Counted from the first letter of the stretch, positions 20,653 to 30,603 are shown. The stretch is 64,000 nt of DNA from Candidatus Woesearchaeota archaeon (GCA_964576755.1 CAZNUV010000004.1:740-64739), one strand, 5' to 3'. Notes: generated from the sequence alone by a model not told the origin. Program-made: numbers and translations.

Positions 20653-20961
20653 TTAATCTAACATTTCTATTTTTATAGAAACAGTTCTTGGGATATGCAT
20701 TCTCATAATACTATGAAGGACTTTTTCATTTGCAGATAAGTCAATTACTCTTTTGTGAATTCTCATTTCATATCTATCAAAAGTAGCTGTTCCGTCTCCA
20801 CAAGGGCTTTTACGAGTTGTAATTTTAAGTTTCTTTGTTGGTAATGGAATTGGTCCTGAAATTGGTGTTCCAGCTGAACTTGAAATTTGTTTGATTATCT
20901 CCATAACTTCATTGAGTTTACCAATATCAACACTCTGTAGTTTGATTCTTACTTTTGACAT
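20653..20961 (-). CDS. rps10: Ribosomal protein S10
   Basis: MSKVRIKLQS..GPIPLPTKKLKITTRKSPCGDGTATFDRYEMRIHKRVIDL.. matches uS10. Confidence 0.9.
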   Translation of the reverse strand: MSKVRIKLQSVDIGKLNEVMEIIKQISSSAGTPISGPIPLPTKKLKITTRKSPCGDGTATFDRYEMRIHKRVIDLSANEKVLHSIMRMHIPRTVSIKIEMLD

Positions 20962-21058
20962 ACTATGAACTCACATTTTTTGTTTTTAAATGTTGTGATG
21001 CCCGGCTCTGAGAGATTTTTTTAAAAACATTTATTAATATCTGTTTATTGTGTTTTGT

Positions 21059-22255
21059 ATGAAACAAAGAGTCTTGTTAGTGTTTTTGGTATTAATACTG
21101 GTTATTATTATTTTTATTAATATATATTCTGTGAGTGCAGTTATTTCAAGAGAACCAGGTGAGAAGGTTACTAAAATTAATGTTGGAAATTCAATAAATT
21201 GTAAGGATACAGATAATGGGATTATAATTAGTAATCGTGGATTAGTAACTGATAAAAATAGTGGAGAGAAGGCATTAGACTACTGTGGAGATAATGGAAA
21301 TTTAGTCGAATTTTATTGTAAGGTAATTAATACTGATGAAAGAGCTGAAGAACCAGTGGTACCAGATAGGAAGGATAATGAATTTGATGAAAGAAAAAAA
21401 TTAGAAGAAGATAATAAAATAATGTCTACTAGTATTGTGGGAAACATTATTAGGGGACTATTTAAATTAGCACCAGAAGAACAAGTTAGTGAAGAAGGAT
21501 ATAAAACAAAAGATAATGTTGATAGTAAATATATTGGTTATTCTGAGCAGTCATGTCCTGAGGGTCAAAGATGTTTAAATGGACAATGTCAGAAAAAAGA
21601 AAGTTGCTATGCAGTTTCTATAGGTTCTAATTTTAAAAATGATTATGTTATTATTAGTAATAAAGAGGAAGATAAAAAAGAGTTGGGGGGAATGTTTGGA
21701 AAAATTTCAACTACTGGAAGAGATGCTATTTTGGGGATTTTAGACCAGTTTGAAAAAGATGATGCAAAAGGTTGGTGTCCTCCTCCAGATTCTTCAGAGG
21801 ATTTAGACTGTGTAATTGAAGAAGATCCAAATAAATTTATCACAGATAATCCCATAATGAGACCAGTTTATACTGAACCCTCTGGGGATATGGCTCGTAC
21901 AGTTCAACCAAAAACTATAACAGTTAGTGGGGAAGATACATGGACTAAAGGTATTCCAGTACCTTGGCCAGGGTATACTAAATTAAAATCATATCATGCT
22001 GCAGGAGGATTAGCTTTTTCTAAATTATGGGTTCAAGTATCTGATGAAGGTGAGAAACTGTGTAAAGATACTCCAGGAACTACTTGGAATGTACAGATTA
22101 ATGATTATTCTATTAAATTTGAAGATGCATGGTTTGGTGCTAAATGGCTCGCTAAGGCAACAGCAACAGCAACAATAAGCTGTGTTCCAATTCCAGATAA
22201 ATGGTATATAGAAGGTTCTGGTTCTCAAACAAGAACCTGTATAGAAGCTAATTAA
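21059..22255 (+). CDS. Secreted Cys-containing hypothetical protein
   Basis: Track ORF starts at GTG 21050; the first ATG is 21059. N-terminal signal or anchor (VLLVFLVLILVIIIFINIYS). Confidence 0.5.
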   Translation: MKQRVLLVFLVLILVIIIFINIYSVSAVISREPGEKVTKINVGNSINCKDTDNGIIISNRGLVTDKNSGEKALDYCGDNGNLVEFYCKVINTDERAEEPVVPDRKDNEFDERKKLEEDNKIMSTSIVGNIIRGLFKLAPEEQVSEEGYKTKDNVDSKYIGYSEQSCPEGQRCLNGQCQKKESCYAVSIGSNFKNDYVIISNKEEDKKELGGMFGKISTTGRDAILGILDQFEKDDAKGWCPPPDSSEDLDCVIEEDPNKFITDNPIMRPVYTEPSGDMARTVQPKTITVSGEDTWTKGIPVPWPGYTKLKSYHAAGGLAFSKLWVQVSDEGEKLCKDTPGTTWNVQINDYSIKFEDAWFGAKWLAKATATATISCVPIPDKWYIEGSGSQTRTCIEAN

Positions 22256-22279
22256 AATTAGTTTAACTATTTATTAAAA

Positions 22280-22777
22280 TTATCTTTTTAGACTATCTAA
22301 ACTTCTTAATTTTTCTATCCTTTTTTCTGTATCTGAAAATTCTTTATTATCAATTTCTCTTGTTGTTTCATTATCTTCAGGAGTTGTTGCGTTTAGATAA
22401 TCTGTCTTTTTTATTGTATCCCCTTTTCTTTCCAAAACAACATCTCTTGTTTTGTATTCTGAGGGATTTGGAGAGTATTGTGTACCTAAAATTATATTTG
22501 TTTTGCCGTCTTGAATAGACCTAGAAGCATGATAAGCTATATTAGATTCAACTAAAAAAATAGTATATAAATCTATATTATCTCTTTTCTCTTCATATAT
22601 CTTTAATTCTGGTTTATTAGACTCTAATTTTCCTAGGATAGAATCATCCAATGAGGAATCTTTTGGAATTTGCCTGGTAGTATTGTCTGCAATACCAGTT
22701 AAAATTCCTAGAGCTGTTAGTCCTGCTACTAAATTTCTCATTCCTTTTGATTGAGGTATTAAGCTATTTAATTTCAT
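22280..22777 (-). CDS. Hypothetical exported protein
   Basis: 165 aa with an N-terminal hydrophobic segment. Confidence 0.4.
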   Translation of the reverse strand: MKLNSLIPQSKGMRNLVAGLTALGILTGIADNTTRQIPKDSSLDDSILGKLESNKPELKIYEEKRDNIDLYTIFLVESNIAYHASRSIQDGKTNIILGTQYSPNPSEYKTRDVVLERKGDTIKKTDYLNATTPEDNETTREIDNKEFSDTEKRIEKLRSLDSLKR

Positions 22778-22848
22778 ATAAATCTTAGAAAAAACTAGTA
22801 TTTAAATCTTTCTATTTGTCCTCACTTAGAAGTGACAATTAAAATAGA

Positions 22849-23370
22849 TCACCTTCTTTTTAATCTTTTTTCAAAATTTTTAGTTCCTGGTCCAAGTTCT
22901 TGAAAAGCTGTTTCTTGGATTTTCAAATATTTCTCTAATTCTTCTTGTGCTGCAGGTTTTCCAAGAATATAACTCTCATTGAGATAACATATTTTTTTCT
23001 TACAACCATTAGCATTATCATCAATACATACTTCTATATCTTTTGGAAAGGTATAACGTGTAGAGATATTTGTCTCCATATTTCCTGTTGAAATCATTAA
23101 TCTTTGGTAATTAGTGCCATCTGAAAATTTAAAAATAACTTGTTTTAGATTATCCTGGTCAGTTAATCTTATTCCCCCTTTTCCTGAATTAAACCCGACC
23201 GAATATCCATTTTTGTTATAACCACCAGTTACATTCCATTCTATATCTGGGTTATTTAATATAGAATAAGAATTGCTTAGGATATCTTCTACATTATTAT
23301 CAATGCTTTTATTAGAACAAGCAGTTAAAACCATTGTTGCAATTATTGGTGCAAGATGTTTAAATTGCAT
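22849..23370 (-). CDS. Putative lipoprotein
   Basis: Signal ending ..VLTAC|SNK (lipobox-like). Confidence 0.45.
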   Translation of the reverse strand: MQFKHLAPIIATMVLTACSNKSIDNNVEDILSNSYSILNNPDIEWNVTGGYNKNGYSVGFNSGKGGIRLTDQDNLKQVIFKFSDGTNYQRLMISTGNMETNISTRYTFPKDIEVCIDDNANGCKKKICYLNESYILGKPAAQEELEKYLKIQETAFQELGPGTKNFEKRLKRR

Positions 23371-23461
23371 ATTTTTTTATAGAAAAAGTTATATTTAAAA
23401 TTTTATATGCCTCCAAAGTATTATCGAAACCTTTAAATATATGTAAATACTGTTAATATTG

Positions 23462-23511
23462 CCTGACTTCGGTTAGGTAGAAAAGGAGTTGACTTCGGTT
23501 TTCTTCTTTTC
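23462..23511 (+). promoter_or_regulatory. Two tandem UUCG-tetraloop hairpins in the 5' leader of the nuclease gene
   Basis: CCTGAC-TTCG-GTTAGG (23462-23477) and GAAAAGGAGTTGAC-TTCG-GTTTTCTTCTTTTC (23480-23511). Both contain TGACTTCGGTT. A TATA-like TTTAAATATA sits at 23432-23441. Confidence 0.45.
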
Positions 23512-23536
23512 TTTATACTTTCTTTATTGACTATTT

Positions 23537-24322
23537 ATGGTTGTAACTATTAAAAATATAAATCTTAGAAATTTAAAGATTAGGAAAAAAACTCTTGTAA
23601 TTTTTTTATTGATTCTTCTTTCTGGGATTCTTTTTTATGATCTTGCTAAAGATGATTTTGAAACAGGATTATTTAGAAAATATGAGAAATATGAGATTTT
23701 TGTTGTAAGAGTGATAGATGGAGATACTGTTGAGACTAATTATTCTGATTTTAAAATAATTAGGCTAAAAGGAATTAATACTCCTGAAAAAGATCAGCCA
23801 TATTTTGAACAGGCTAAATTATATTTAGAATCTTTAGTTTTAAATAAGACTACTGAGATTGAACTAACTGGAATTGATATTTATGGCAGAGAATTAGGTT
23901 ATTTATATTTAGATAGATTTTTTGTAAATAAAGCCTTACTTGAACAAGGTCTTGCTCATTTGTATATTTATGAAGGAGAAGAAGATATTTATGATTCAGA
24001 ATTAAGAAAAGCAGAACAATATGCTCGTGAACAAGAACTCGGTATTTGGAAGCACTCAAATAATTTTGCATGTATTCAACTTGTAGAATTAAAATATAAC
24101 GAAGGAGGTCAGCGGTGCACAAATAATGAAAGACTTATTCTTCAAAATATTTGTAATAAAGATATTCAGGTAACAATAAAAGATGAAAGTGCATCACATA
24201 TTTATTCTGAAACTCTCACGTCTGGTTTAAACGAGTTTCAGTATTCTTGTATTTGGAATGATGCTGGCGATAGTTTATTTATCTGGGATTCAGACGGTTT
24301 GGTTTTATTTTATAGATACTAG
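23537..24322 (+). CDS. Staphylococcal-nuclease (thermonuclease) homologue with C-terminal extra domain
   Basis: N-terminal TM, then VVRVIDGDTVET..IRLKGINTPE..IYGRELGYLY..LLEQGLAHLY. Confidence 0.75.
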   Translation: MVVTIKNINLRNLKIRKKTLVIFLLILLSGILFYDLAKDDFETGLFRKYEKYEIFVVRVIDGDTVETNYSDFKIIRLKGINTPEKDQPYFEQAKLYLESLVLNKTTEIELTGIDIYGRELGYLYLDRFFVNKALLEQGLAHLYIYEGEEDIYDSELRKAEQYAREQELGIWKHSNNFACIQLVELKYNEGGQRCTNNERLILQNICNKDIQVTIKDESASHIYSETLTSGLNEFQYSCIWNDAGDSLFIWDSDGLVLFYRY

Positions 24323-24338
24323 TTTTTATTAATAAAGT

Positions 24339-24626
24339 TTAATGAAGAGTATTATTTACATCTATTAAAAGATTTAGAAATTTTTCTATTGAATTTTTTT
24401 CAGGAGATAATTTTTTTGAGTTTAAAGCACTACAAATGGATTTAATTTCTTTATTTATTCTAAGGTTTACATGACTAATTTCAAAAACTATTTCTTCCCT
24501 ACCTAATGGGGTGTTGTATTGATTTACTATTCTTGCACAATGGTATTGGTATAATTTATCTTTTGAATTTTTTTGAGTTGCTATACAAAATTTAAAACCT
24601 CCATAGTGCTCTTTAGGTATGCTCAT
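24339..24626 (-). CDS. Hypothetical protein
   Basis: 95-aa ORF with no motifs. Confidence 0.35.
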   Translation of the reverse strand: MSIPKEHYGGFKFCIATQKNSKDKLYQYHCARIVNQYNTPLGREEIVFEISHVNLRINKEIKSICSALNSKKLSPEKNSIEKFLNLLIDVNNTLH

Positions 24627-24732
24627 ATATTTCCTTTTCTTGAAATATTTTTAAATGTTTATATGTTCTAGAAGTATATTGAATCAATTTTTTTAATTGA
24701 TAAATTTAAATATTGAAAAAATATGTAATTAA

Positions 24733-25464
24733 ATGGCGAATGAAATTTGGCTTTCAATTATTCAGGCAATAACAGAATTTTTACCTGTTTCAAGTTCTGG
24801 ACATTTAGCCTTGTTTTCTAATGTTCTTGGAAAACCAGATTTATTTTTAATAACAATTTTGCATATTGCTTCTTTATTTGCTGTTTTGATTTTTACTAGG
24901 CACGAGATTTATAAGTTAATCACATTTGAAAAAAAGTATGGGAAAATGTGGTTGTTTTTAATTATTGGAACAATCCCTGCAGCACTTTTTGGATTTTTAT
25001 TTAAAGATGCAATAGAATCTTCATTAAACTCTTTGTTATTCATTGGTATTGCATTTATTTTTACAGGGATTATTTTATTAATGACTAAATTTGTTCATAA
25101 TCATCGTGAGTTGAATATTAAAAATTCAATATTTATTGGTTTGTTTCAGGTTCTAGCTTTATTCCCAGGTGTTTCTAGAAGTGGAATGACTATTTCTGCT
25201 GGACTTTTTTCAGGAATAGATAGGCAAGAAGCTGTTAAATTTTCATTTTTGCTTTTTATTCCTTTGGCATTAGGGGCCATGGTCTTAGAATTGGGAAGTT
25301 TTTATTTCTCTTGGGTTTTGCTTTTTGCATTTACTTTATGTTTTTTGCTTAGTTGGATATTTATTTACTTACTTTATTTTGTTGTTCAAAAGAATTATTT
25401 TTGGTTGTTTAGTGTTTATGCTTTTATTCTAGGAGTTATTAGTCTTATTTTATGGTCTGGTTAG
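24733..25464 (+). CDS. uppP: Undecaprenyl-diphosphatase UppP/BacA
   Basis: ITEFLPVSSSGHL and FPGVSRSGMTI motifs. Polytopic, 243 aa. Confidence 0.85.
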   Translation: MANEIWLSIIQAITEFLPVSSSGHLALFSNVLGKPDLFLITILHIASLFAVLIFTRHEIYKLITFEKKYGKMWLFLIIGTIPAALFGFLFKDAIESSLNSLLFIGIAFIFTGIILLMTKFVHNHRELNIKNSIFIGLFQVLALFPGVSRSGMTISAGLFSGIDRQEAVKFSFLLFIPLALGAMVLELGSFYFSWVLLFAFTLCFLLSWIFIYLLYFVVQKNYFWLFSVYAFILGVISLILWSG

Positions 25465-25498
25465 TTAGAGTTTTAATAGAATTTTTAAAATTAAAAGT

Positions 25499-25553
25499 GA
25501 ACCAGCTCCGCCGCGTAGGAGCTGGTTCTATTATTCCAGCCAAGTGGAATAAT
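25499..25553. other. Two adjacent hairpins between convergent genes; the first is GC-rich
   Basis: GAACCAGCTCC-GCCGCGTA-GGAGCTGGTTC (11-bp stem, 25499-25528), then ATTATTCCA-GCCAAG-TGGAATAAT (25530-25553). Confidence 0.5.
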
Positions 25554-25659
25554 TATGATGTTTGATAATTTTTGTATAGAATTCTTGTTTAAATAGTTTT
25601 ATTTTTTCTCTTTTTTTATAATTCCATTCTTATCAATTGTTCTTTAAGAATTTATAAGG

Positions 25660-26199
25660 TTATTTTAGTCTTTTATAACCTGTCCAGATTAGAACACCCA
25701 AGGCTATAGCCAACATTATAGTTCTATAAACATCAGACATTTCACCCCAATATCTAATTGTCCCATAAATTATGAGTAAAACTCCACCACCCAGAAATCC
25801 TGTTGAAACTGATTCTACTGCAAAGATTAATGCAAGGATTATTGTAAGAATTCCTATTCCTGATGCAATAAAAAATACATTTCTATTATAAAACTCACTT
25901 TTATCTTCATATTCTTGTCTACATGTGAATTGAGAATCACACCATCCTTCTGGAATTGTTTCATTATCTATTTCTTTTGGTTGAGGTTTTCCTTCTGCTC
26001 CAACAGTGCCATATTCTGTCCATTTTCCACCAACAGATTCACATGATTGCTGTGTTTCAATATTTTGTCTATCTAGTCCAATATCACAATAATCATCCCA
26101 TTTTGGACTAGGATAAAATGTTTGTATTGCATACGCTACAAACATTACAAAGATGATAGCAATTGCAATAGCAAGAATTCCCTGTTTAATCTTTTCCAT
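25660..26199 (-). CDS. Membrane protein with Cys-containing extracytoplasmic loop
   Basis: 179 aa with an N-terminal TM and two C-terminal TMs. Confidence 0.5.
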   Translation of the reverse strand: MEKIKQGILAIAIAIIFVMFVAYAIQTFYPSPKWDDYCDIGLDRQNIETQQSCESVGGKWTEYGTVGAEGKPQPKEIDNETIPEGWCDSQFTCRQEYEDKSEFYNRNVFFIASGIGILTIILALIFAVESVSTGFLGGGVLLIIYGTIRYWGEMSDVYRTIMLAIALGVLIWTGYKRLK

Positions 26200-26242
26200 G
26201 TTTTGAAAAGGCCTTTAGAATATATAAGGTTTTGGATAGGTT

Positions 26243-27469
26243 CTATTTGGTTTGAATCAAAAAAATTTCATCGCCTTTTTTACATAATGGGAGCTTTATC
26301 CCAACTTGTTGAGATTTTTTTGCTTGTTTTAGTGGTTTCTTATTTATTTCCATGCTTTTAACACTAGTCCTTATTAACCCAGTCTGATTTCCAATAATAT
26401 AAATTTCGTCTCCAATATGTAAACCAGAATTATGAATAGAAACAATTGCAACATTTATTTTTGGAAAATATTTTTCAACACGACCAATGTATTTTTTTGA
26501 CTCTAATTGTTCTCCATTTTCTGTTGTAGAAAATCCTTTTGGTCCTGGTTTGTAAAAATAAAATCCAGAGCTAAAACCACGATTATAGACTTTTTTTAAT
26601 TGTTCTAAAGATTCAGCGATTTCTGATTTTGAAAGTTTTTTATCTAGTGCTTTTCTATACACAGAGACAACTGTTGAGACATATTCTGGGCTTCTATTTC
26701 TGCCTTCAATTTTAAAACTAGTTATTCCTGCTTTTTTTAGTTGTTCAATATATGGCAATGTACAAAGGTCTTTTGCAGACATTACTCTGTTGTTTTCTAG
26801 TTTTAGTTTGTTTCCTTCTTCATCGGTTATATTATAGGCTCTCCTGCAGGGATGAGCACATTCACCACGATTTGCACTTAGATTTTGCATGAATTGAGAT
26901 GTGAAACAACGACCAGAGATAGATACACACATTGCACCATGGATAAATGTTTCAACAGGCATTACATGAGAGATTTGTTTAATTTGTTTTAGATTAAGCT
27001 CTCTAGCTAAAATAGCACGTTCTGCTCCAAGTTTTTTATAGAATTCTGCTGTTTTTGAGTTTGATATTGATGCTTGTGTTGAAATATGAAATGGAACTTT
27101 ATGTTTTCTACATAATTCTATAACAGAAAGGTCCCAACAAATAATTGCATCAACTAGTTTTTTTTGTGCTACCCCTGCAATTATTTTATCTATTTTTTTT
27201 ATTTCATTATCATAGATTATTGTGTTTAAAGTTAAATACATTTTAACTTTTTTTGATTTTTCAGGGGATTGAGTATCACATATTTTTCGTATTTTTGGCA
27301 AATCTGAAAAAGAAAAATTCTTAGCAAAAGCTCGCATTGAAAATTCTTGTAAACCAAAGTATACTGCATCAGCACCAGCACAAATAGCAGCAATTAAGGC
27401 AGGAAAGCTTCCTGCTGGAGCTAATAATTCATATTTAGATTTTTTATTTTTTAATAAGTTTTTTATCAT
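26243..27469 (-). CDS. Peptidase U32 family protein
   Basis: ELLAPAGS..AGADAVYFG, ETFIHGAMCVSISGRCFTS and ANRGECAHPCR match U32 signature blocks. Confidence 0.8.
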   Translation of the reverse strand: MIKNLLKNKKSKYELLAPAGSFPALIAAICAGADAVYFGLQEFSMRAFAKNFSFSDLPKIRKICDTQSPEKSKKVKMYLTLNTIIYDNEIKKIDKIIAGVAQKKLVDAIICWDLSVIELCRKHKVPFHISTQASISNSKTAEFYKKLGAERAILARELNLKQIKQISHVMPVETFIHGAMCVSISGRCFTSQFMQNLSANRGECAHPCRRAYNITDEEGNKLKLENNRVMSAKDLCTLPYIEQLKKAGITSFKIEGRNRSPEYVSTVVSVYRKALDKKLSKSEIAESLEQLKKVYNRGFSSGFYFYKPGPKGFSTTENGEQLESKKYIGRVEKYFPKINVAIVSIHNSGLHIGDEIYIIGNQTGLIRTSVKSMEINKKPLKQAKKSQQVGIKLPLCKKGDEIFLIQTK

Positions 27470-27503
27470 AATCTTAAGACTTAGAATAGAGTTTTAAATT
27501 TAT

Positions 27504-27773
27504 TCATTTAGGTTTAGAAACAATCTCTTGATATAATCTTTCTGTATCTGAATATAATATTCTTTCTATTTCTTCAGGAACAATTGTTTTATCAGATATC
27601 CGTTCTTGCTTTTTTTTGATATAATTTATGATTTTTTTTCTTTTTCTAAAATGTTCCAAGGGAAACATTGAAAATCTCCAATAACTACACCCATATTCTT
27701 TTAATTCTTCGAGCCTTTGTAAAACGTCTTTTGAAGTAGACCCTATATCAATCTTTTCAATTAAAACTCCCAT
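27504..27773 (-). CDS. Hypothetical protein
   Basis: 89-aa ORF. Confidence 0.35.
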   Translation of the reverse strand: MGVLIEKIDIGSTSKDVLQRLEELKEYGCSYWRFSMFPLEHFRKRKKIINYIKKKQERISDKTIVPEEIERILYSDTERLYQEIVSKPK

Positions 27774-27876
27774 TTTGACATATTTTTAGAGTTTTTGGCC
27801 TTATAAATTTAGTTATATAAACTTTATAGTGACAACAAGGGGAAAGGTTTATAAATCTCTGAATTATATAATAAAC

Positions 27877-28197
27877 ATGGCAAATACACTAGAGCAATTT
27901 GAAAGAAATGTTCAAGCAAGTTTTGGTTATGTAAAAAAAGATTTGCTTATGGTAAATGATTCTATTGCAGATTTGCATGAAAAGATTCAGCACCTAAGTT
28001 TAAACAATGTTGCATTGCTTGAAGAAGTTAGAAGATTAAGAGAACAAGTTCAAGGTAAAAAGTCTTCTAAGAAAAAAGCAAAACCGAAAAAAGCAAAAAA
28101 GCAAAAATCTGTGAAAAAGAAGAAAACAGCAAAGAAAAAGAAAGCGGGTAAGAAAACGCCTAAGAAAGTAGTTAAAGAAACAATTACTTATTCTTAA
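27877..28197 (+). CDS. Coiled-coil protein with lysine-rich tail
   Basis: ATG at 27877 lies about 25 nt downstream of TTTATAAAT (leaderless-type spacing). The track ORF start at 27829 is less likely. Confidence 0.45.
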   Translation: MANTLEQFERNVQASFGYVKKDLLMVNDSIADLHEKIQHLSLNNVALLEEVRRLREQVQGKKSSKKKAKPKKAKKQKSVKKKKTAKKKKAGKKTPKKVVKETITYS

Positions 28198-28279
28198 AGT
28201 GAATGAAAAACCTACAGATAAAAAAGGGATTTTCTAATTTTATGGATTTAACAGATATGGGGTGTGGGAGAATTATAAA

Positions 28280-28660
28280 ATGGCATTAATGTTTGAAAAA
28301 GCAAATTATCAAGGAATTTATTTTTTAAGAGAAATTATTAAAAAAGGAACTGGACATAGTGTTTCTTCTCCAAAAAATGATTTAAAGAATCTTGCAAGAT
28401 TGGCAGTTTTACATGGTTTTAATATAGGTTCTTTAAAGGATGTAAGAACTCCTGCGCATGAAAAAGATTCTCATGGAGAAAGGTTGATCCCAGTTATTGA
28501 AAAAGAACGTAAAAACTTTTATGATTTATATTGTGAAGAACGTAAAAGACAAAATGAACTTTTTTCACAAATGACCTACCATCTTAAGCATGCTGAAGAA
28601 GGTGAGCCTATTTCTCAATCATTTAAGAAAAAGGAAAAAGACATCGGTTCATCAGAATAG
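28280..28660 (+). CDS. Hypothetical protein
   Basis: Track ORF starts at GTG 28262; the first ATG is 28280. Confidence 0.4.
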   Translation: MALMFEKANYQGIYFLREIIKKGTGHSVSSPKNDLKNLARLAVLHGFNIGSLKDVRTPAHEKDSHGERLIPVIEKERKNFYDLYCEERKRQNELFSQMTYHLKHAEEGEPISQSFKKKEKDIGSSE

Positions 28661-28721
28661 GATTAATAATATCAAAAAAGATTAAGGTTAGATTTTTAAG
28701 GTTTGATTGTGTGTATGTTTT

Positions 28722-29126
28722 ATGAGAAAGAAACCAGAAAAAGAAGGTTTTGTAGATAGACTTGCTGGCAAGATGGCTGGAGCAGAAAAACCAAAAAAAA
28801 TTAGGGGATTAGGGGGGTGGATGATTTTTCCTATATTTAATTTGTTTCTTTATGGCCTTTCATGCATTTTTCTTTTATTAGAATTTCCAATAACAAGCGT
28901 TATTGGTTTAATATTATCAATATTTGGTTTAGTATTGGTTTTTCAAAAAAGTAAAAACTTTCCTAAATTTTTCATTAGTTATTTGTGGGTTGTGCTTGGT
29001 TTAACTTTCATAGAATCACTTGTTGATGGAGATTCAACGTATATTTTTGGAATGCTTATCTTTGCAGGTGTCTGGACAAGATATATGCTTAAATCAAAGA
29101 GAGTAAAAAATACTTTTGTAAAATAG
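28722..29126 (+). CDS. Membrane protein
   Basis: Track ORF starts at TTG 28707; the first in-frame ATG is 28722. Four hydrophobic helices. Confidence 0.45.
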   Translation: MRKKPEKEGFVDRLAGKMAGAEKPKKIRGLGGWMIFPIFNLFLYGLSCIFLLLEFPITSVIGLILSIFGLVLVFQKSKNFPKFFISYLWVVLGLTFIESLVDGDSTYIFGMLIFAGVWTRYMLKSKRVKNTFVK

Positions 29127-29263
29127 TTAGATTTTAGGCAGGTAGTAAACTTTAAATAATGAAAATAATACTCATTTCTGTAGGGCAAACGGGAACTCCG
29201 TGAAAACTGGGAACTCCAGAGCTCTACACTTTTTTAACTCATAAGAAAGTTAACAAATTCAAA

Positions 29264-29335
29264 GCCTCAATAGTATAGTGGTTAGTACATGGCCCTGTCG
29301 CGGCCAAGATCCGGGTTCAATCCCCGGTTGGGGCG
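29264..29335 (+). tRNA. tRNA-Asp(GTC)
   Basis: Acceptor GCCTCAA/TTGGGGC, D arm GTAT-AGTGGTTA-GTAC, anticodon stem TGGCC/GGCCA with loop CTGTCGC, T arm CCGGG-TTCAATC-CCCGG, discriminator G. Confidence 0.9.
29325..29335 (+). repeat. att core copy A (tRNA-Asp 3' end, attL)
   Basis: CGGTTGGGGCG, identical to the copies at 56125, 61074 and 62402. Confidence 0.75.
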
Positions 29336-29346
29336 TTCCTAAAACA

Positions 29347-29369
29347 GTCGGCATTTGATGGGTGCTGGG
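29347..29369 (+). repeat. Arm site, left end of the element
   Basis: GTCGGCATTTGATGGGTGCTGGG. Its reverse complement matches 56087-56109 at 20/23 positions. Confidence 0.7.
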
Positions 29370-29424
29370 CAAATATACAGCATTTATACAATGTCCTTTT
29401 TATTTGCATATTCTTCTAAAATAA

Positions 29425-30603
29425 ATGAAAGTAGATCCATATAACCATAAAGAAAGATATCTTTTATGGAAAGAATCTGTAAAAAATGGTATTCCAGAGA
29501 TATCTAAAGAAAATTCTGACATCCTTTTAGACTATATTTTTGACATGGAGCATGGTCTAAACATTTCAAACAAAAACATAAAGGGTTCTAGAAGTTATAC
29601 TCGATTAAATAGCTTAAAACAAAGAATGATATTTATGTGCAAAAAGTTTGAAGGCATTTATGGAACAAAAGATATCACAAAAATTAAAGAAAGGGAGTTG
29701 CACACCTTTTTCACTGATATGAAAAATGGTGTTGTTAAAAGAGTTGATGGGAGAATATATCAGAATCCTGCGGATTTTGTCAGAATACTTAAAGCATTTT
29801 GGCATTGGTATCAAAAAGTTAATCGTAAAAAAGGAATTGAAATTTATGATATAACTCAAGACCTTGATACAAGTGTACAAAAGCCGGAATGGGTCTACTT
29901 AACCGAAGAACAAATATGGAAATTGTGTGAATCTGTTAATTTTAAGTATCGAGCCCTTATCACGTTTCTTTTCGATACGGGAATAAGAGCTCCAAGTGAA
30001 CTAATCAATATTAAGGTTTCCGATCTACATAATAATTGTAGAGAGCTTACTGTTAGGGATGAGGTAAGTAAGACTTTCGGTAGGAGAATAAAACTAATGC
30101 TTTCTTCAAAAATCATAAAAGAATACATCAAAGTAAATGACTTACAAGAAGATGATTATTTATTTCCTATCAAATATAGCACTGTCAATGATTATTTAAA
30201 AAAATACTGCAAAAAATTATTTGGTGACACAAAAAGTCCTGCAGGTCAAAAATATTCAGAATTTACTATGTATGATTTTAGGCACTGCTCTTGCTGTTAT
30301 TGGTTACCGAGATATAAATCTGAATCAGCATTAAAATATAGATTCGGATGGAAAAGATCAGACAAAATTCATTATTATTCGGGTATGCTAGGTATGAAAG
30401 ACACAATAAATGAAGATGACATGTTAGTCGACTTAACAAAAACTGAAATAGAAAAGAAGTTGGTTAAAAGTGAAAATGAAAAAGAAATCTTGCAGGATAG
30501 AGTAGAGATGTTAGAAAAACAGATGAATGTGATTATGCCTGAAGTTGATGAGATGAAGAATATAATTAAAGAGTTTCAGTTGCTGAAGATTGTTAGGGTA
30601 TAA
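29425..30603 (+). CDS. Tyrosine recombinase / integrase
   Basis: ..FLFDTGIRAPSELINIKVSDL.. (box I Arg), ..MYDFRHCSCCYW.. (His/Arg box) and ..SDKIHYYSGM.. (candidate catalytic Tyr). It is intact and adjacent to attL. Confidence 0.8.
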   Translation: MKVDPYNHKERYLLWKESVKNGIPEISKENSDILLDYIFDMEHGLNISNKNIKGSRSYTRLNSLKQRMIFMCKKFEGIYGTKDITKIKERELHTFFTDMKNGVVKRVDGRIYQNPADFVRILKAFWHWYQKVNRKKGIEIYDITQDLDTSVQKPEWVYLTEEQIWKLCESVNFKYRALITFLFDTGIRAPSELINIKVSDLHNNCRELTVRDEVSKTFGRRIKLMLSSKIIKEYIKVNDLQEDDYLFPIKYSTVNDYLKKYCKKLFGDTKSPAGQKYSEFTMYDFRHCSCCYWLPRYKSESALKYRFGWKRSDKIHYYSGMLGMKDTINEDDMLVDLTKTEIEKKLVKSENEKEILQDRVEMLEKQMNVIMPEVDEMKNIIKEFQLLKIVRV

